A stretch of 64,000 nucleotides of DNA, taken from Lama guanicoe. Taxonomy: Eukaryota. The position numbers and the translations under genes were made by a program. Numbering within the stretch: position 1 is the stretch's first letter; the number at the start of each line of letters is the position of its first letter. The stretch is from contig MU054187.1 in assembly GCA_013239625.1 (NCBI GenBank), positions 8,652,358-8,716,357 of the forward strand, given 5' to 3'. Under the pieces are notes generated by a model. That model saw only the letters and a program-made list of their open reading frames with translations, was not told where the DNA came from and did no database searches. Below, in pieces: positions 62,346 to 64,000 of this stretch.

Positions 62346-63887
62346 GAATATGTAACTGCTTGTGATGAGCTACCAGGCCAAAGAAGAAAGTGAAAACTTG
62401 CCCTGTGGCCTTGTTCCAGTGAGGTGTGTCCTGTTACTTCCTTTAAGGGAAAGCAAGGCTCAAAAGCAATTCCACTCTTAGCTCTTCACGGCCATGTCTA
62501 CCTTTAGCTTGGATAGTGTAAAGAAAGACCACCCTTCAAGGTCTACCTTTTTCATCTTAAAATCTTTTAGTGCAGGGAGAAGAGATAGATGGAAGGAGTT
62601 GTAGAGAGAAGAAGGAAGAGGAAGAGAGAAGAGAGAATTTAGTAACGTGCTCTGTAGCCCTAATTCCTCGTATCCTTTTCTAGGGGTAGATCGGTGAAAT
62701 TGGCAAGAGTCATCGCATTTAACTGGGTCAGGCATTCAGTGACTCACAGATCATCAGAATGTTAGACATGAAGCTTGTTTTAGACACAGGGGAACGGAAG
62801 GCCAGAGAGAGTGCCCAAAGACCAGAGCACCATCAGGAAGAGTTCAGATTACAACGATGCAATCACAGTTGAGATAACCTACATTTTACAGAAAGTTTTA
62901 TAATCCTTCTGAGCAGTATTTACAAATCATAATGTTGAATACATTTTTTAAATGGCAAGAGATAATATTTTAAGCACAGGGAAGTGTAAGTGCAAATACC
63001 TGCCAATGCTGAAAATTAATTTGTGTCATGTTTTCCCCACAGAATGAATCAGTGATCAACTTTCTCACCCACAATAACGATGGCTCATTATCCAAGAGAA
63101 TTTAAAGAGCATATGTAGGAATGTACTTGACATTTTTATGTTACATAGCCCTGGAAGTGAAAACAATGGAGGGAGGTCATGGCAAAGACTGCGGGAAGGG
63201 GGTGTAAGGCAGGTGTGAAGAAAGATCAGGAACTTAAGATCTCAATGGACTGTTACTGAGGGCACAAAACAGCCCAGACCACTGGAAAACCATGAGTGTC
63301 CAAATGGAGGGCCCATTTTCCCAGGCCAGCAAGTTAGATTCTCAGTGTGGTCTTAAAATGTTCCTAATAGGCCAAAATTTTGCCCAAGGACACCAGTTAA
63401 GTGTTCTAAGGTCATTCATTCCTCACCCGGCAATTAATGAACCAGCTGAAGACTCACAGAGTATGCCAGCTTACTTTAAAGTAAAATATGTCTCAAGATC
63501 AGGAATAATTTTAGAAGAGTCTTCAGGAAGAGCCAAATGGCATTAAGCTATAGCCTGCTAACAAGAAGACTCATTAAAACACTTTTCTAAACTTAGCCAT
63601 GGAAATAAGTCCAAGCTAAAGATATCATAGTCCCCGTTCCCTTTGGTACTATTTTCATGGGCAGATATATTCAGGGACTGGATAAAAGGGTGGTATTCTA
63701 GTAAGATGGTTGTATTGCAGCCTACGAGAACACCACATAAGCTAAACAGAAGTAGGAATGGCTTGGGGGTAACAAATGGCAGGGAGAACAATACTAGATG
63801 ACTGGCATTTTGCAACTTTACGACAAACTGCTTTCGCACCCATTGTCTCATTTGGGGCTCAGGTTAAATCTATCCCATGAATACCCA

Positions 63888-64000
63888 AGAAAAAACAAGT
63901 TTCCTCTGTATAGCACAGGGAACTATATTCAATATCTTGTAGTAACCTACAATGACAAAGAATGTGAAAAGGAATGTATGTATGTATGTGCATGACTGAA
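63888..64000 (+). mobile_element. Young camelid L1 3' end, runs off the window
   Basis: ctgtatagcacagggaactatattcaatatcttgtagtaacc...gtgcatgactgaa. Confidence 0.9.

Overview
Mammalian genomic DNA, almost certainly camelid (camel/alpaca/llama), judged from lineage-typical short tRNA-derived SINEs and young L1 3' ends. The window is non-coding and I found no credible protein-coding exon. The only ORF with recognisable homology is a decayed L1 ORF2 C-terminus (24766-24990, - strand). Bases ~1-2300 look like the distal 3' UTR and poly(A) site of a + strand gene lying upstream. The rest is gene-desert-like: old repeats (MIR, L2, L3/CR1, L1M, MLT1/MLT2-ERVL, hAT MITEs), young camelid L1 and SINE insertions with readable target-site duplications (TSDs), several repeat-free motif-dense blocks resembling developmental enhancers, and an orphan CpG-rich island at ~40.1-42.4 kb. 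The most unusual structures are: a TSD-bounded ~340 bp element joining the L1 5' promoter end directly to the L1 3' end; a twin-primed L1 with an extra inverted 3' end and a likely 3' transduction; an OCT-SOX/KLF/nuclear-receptor motif cluster; a K50-homeodomain site cluster; and near-perfect local duplications. Repeat family names come from my recollection of consensus sequences, not from a search. Boundaries of old repeats are approximate.
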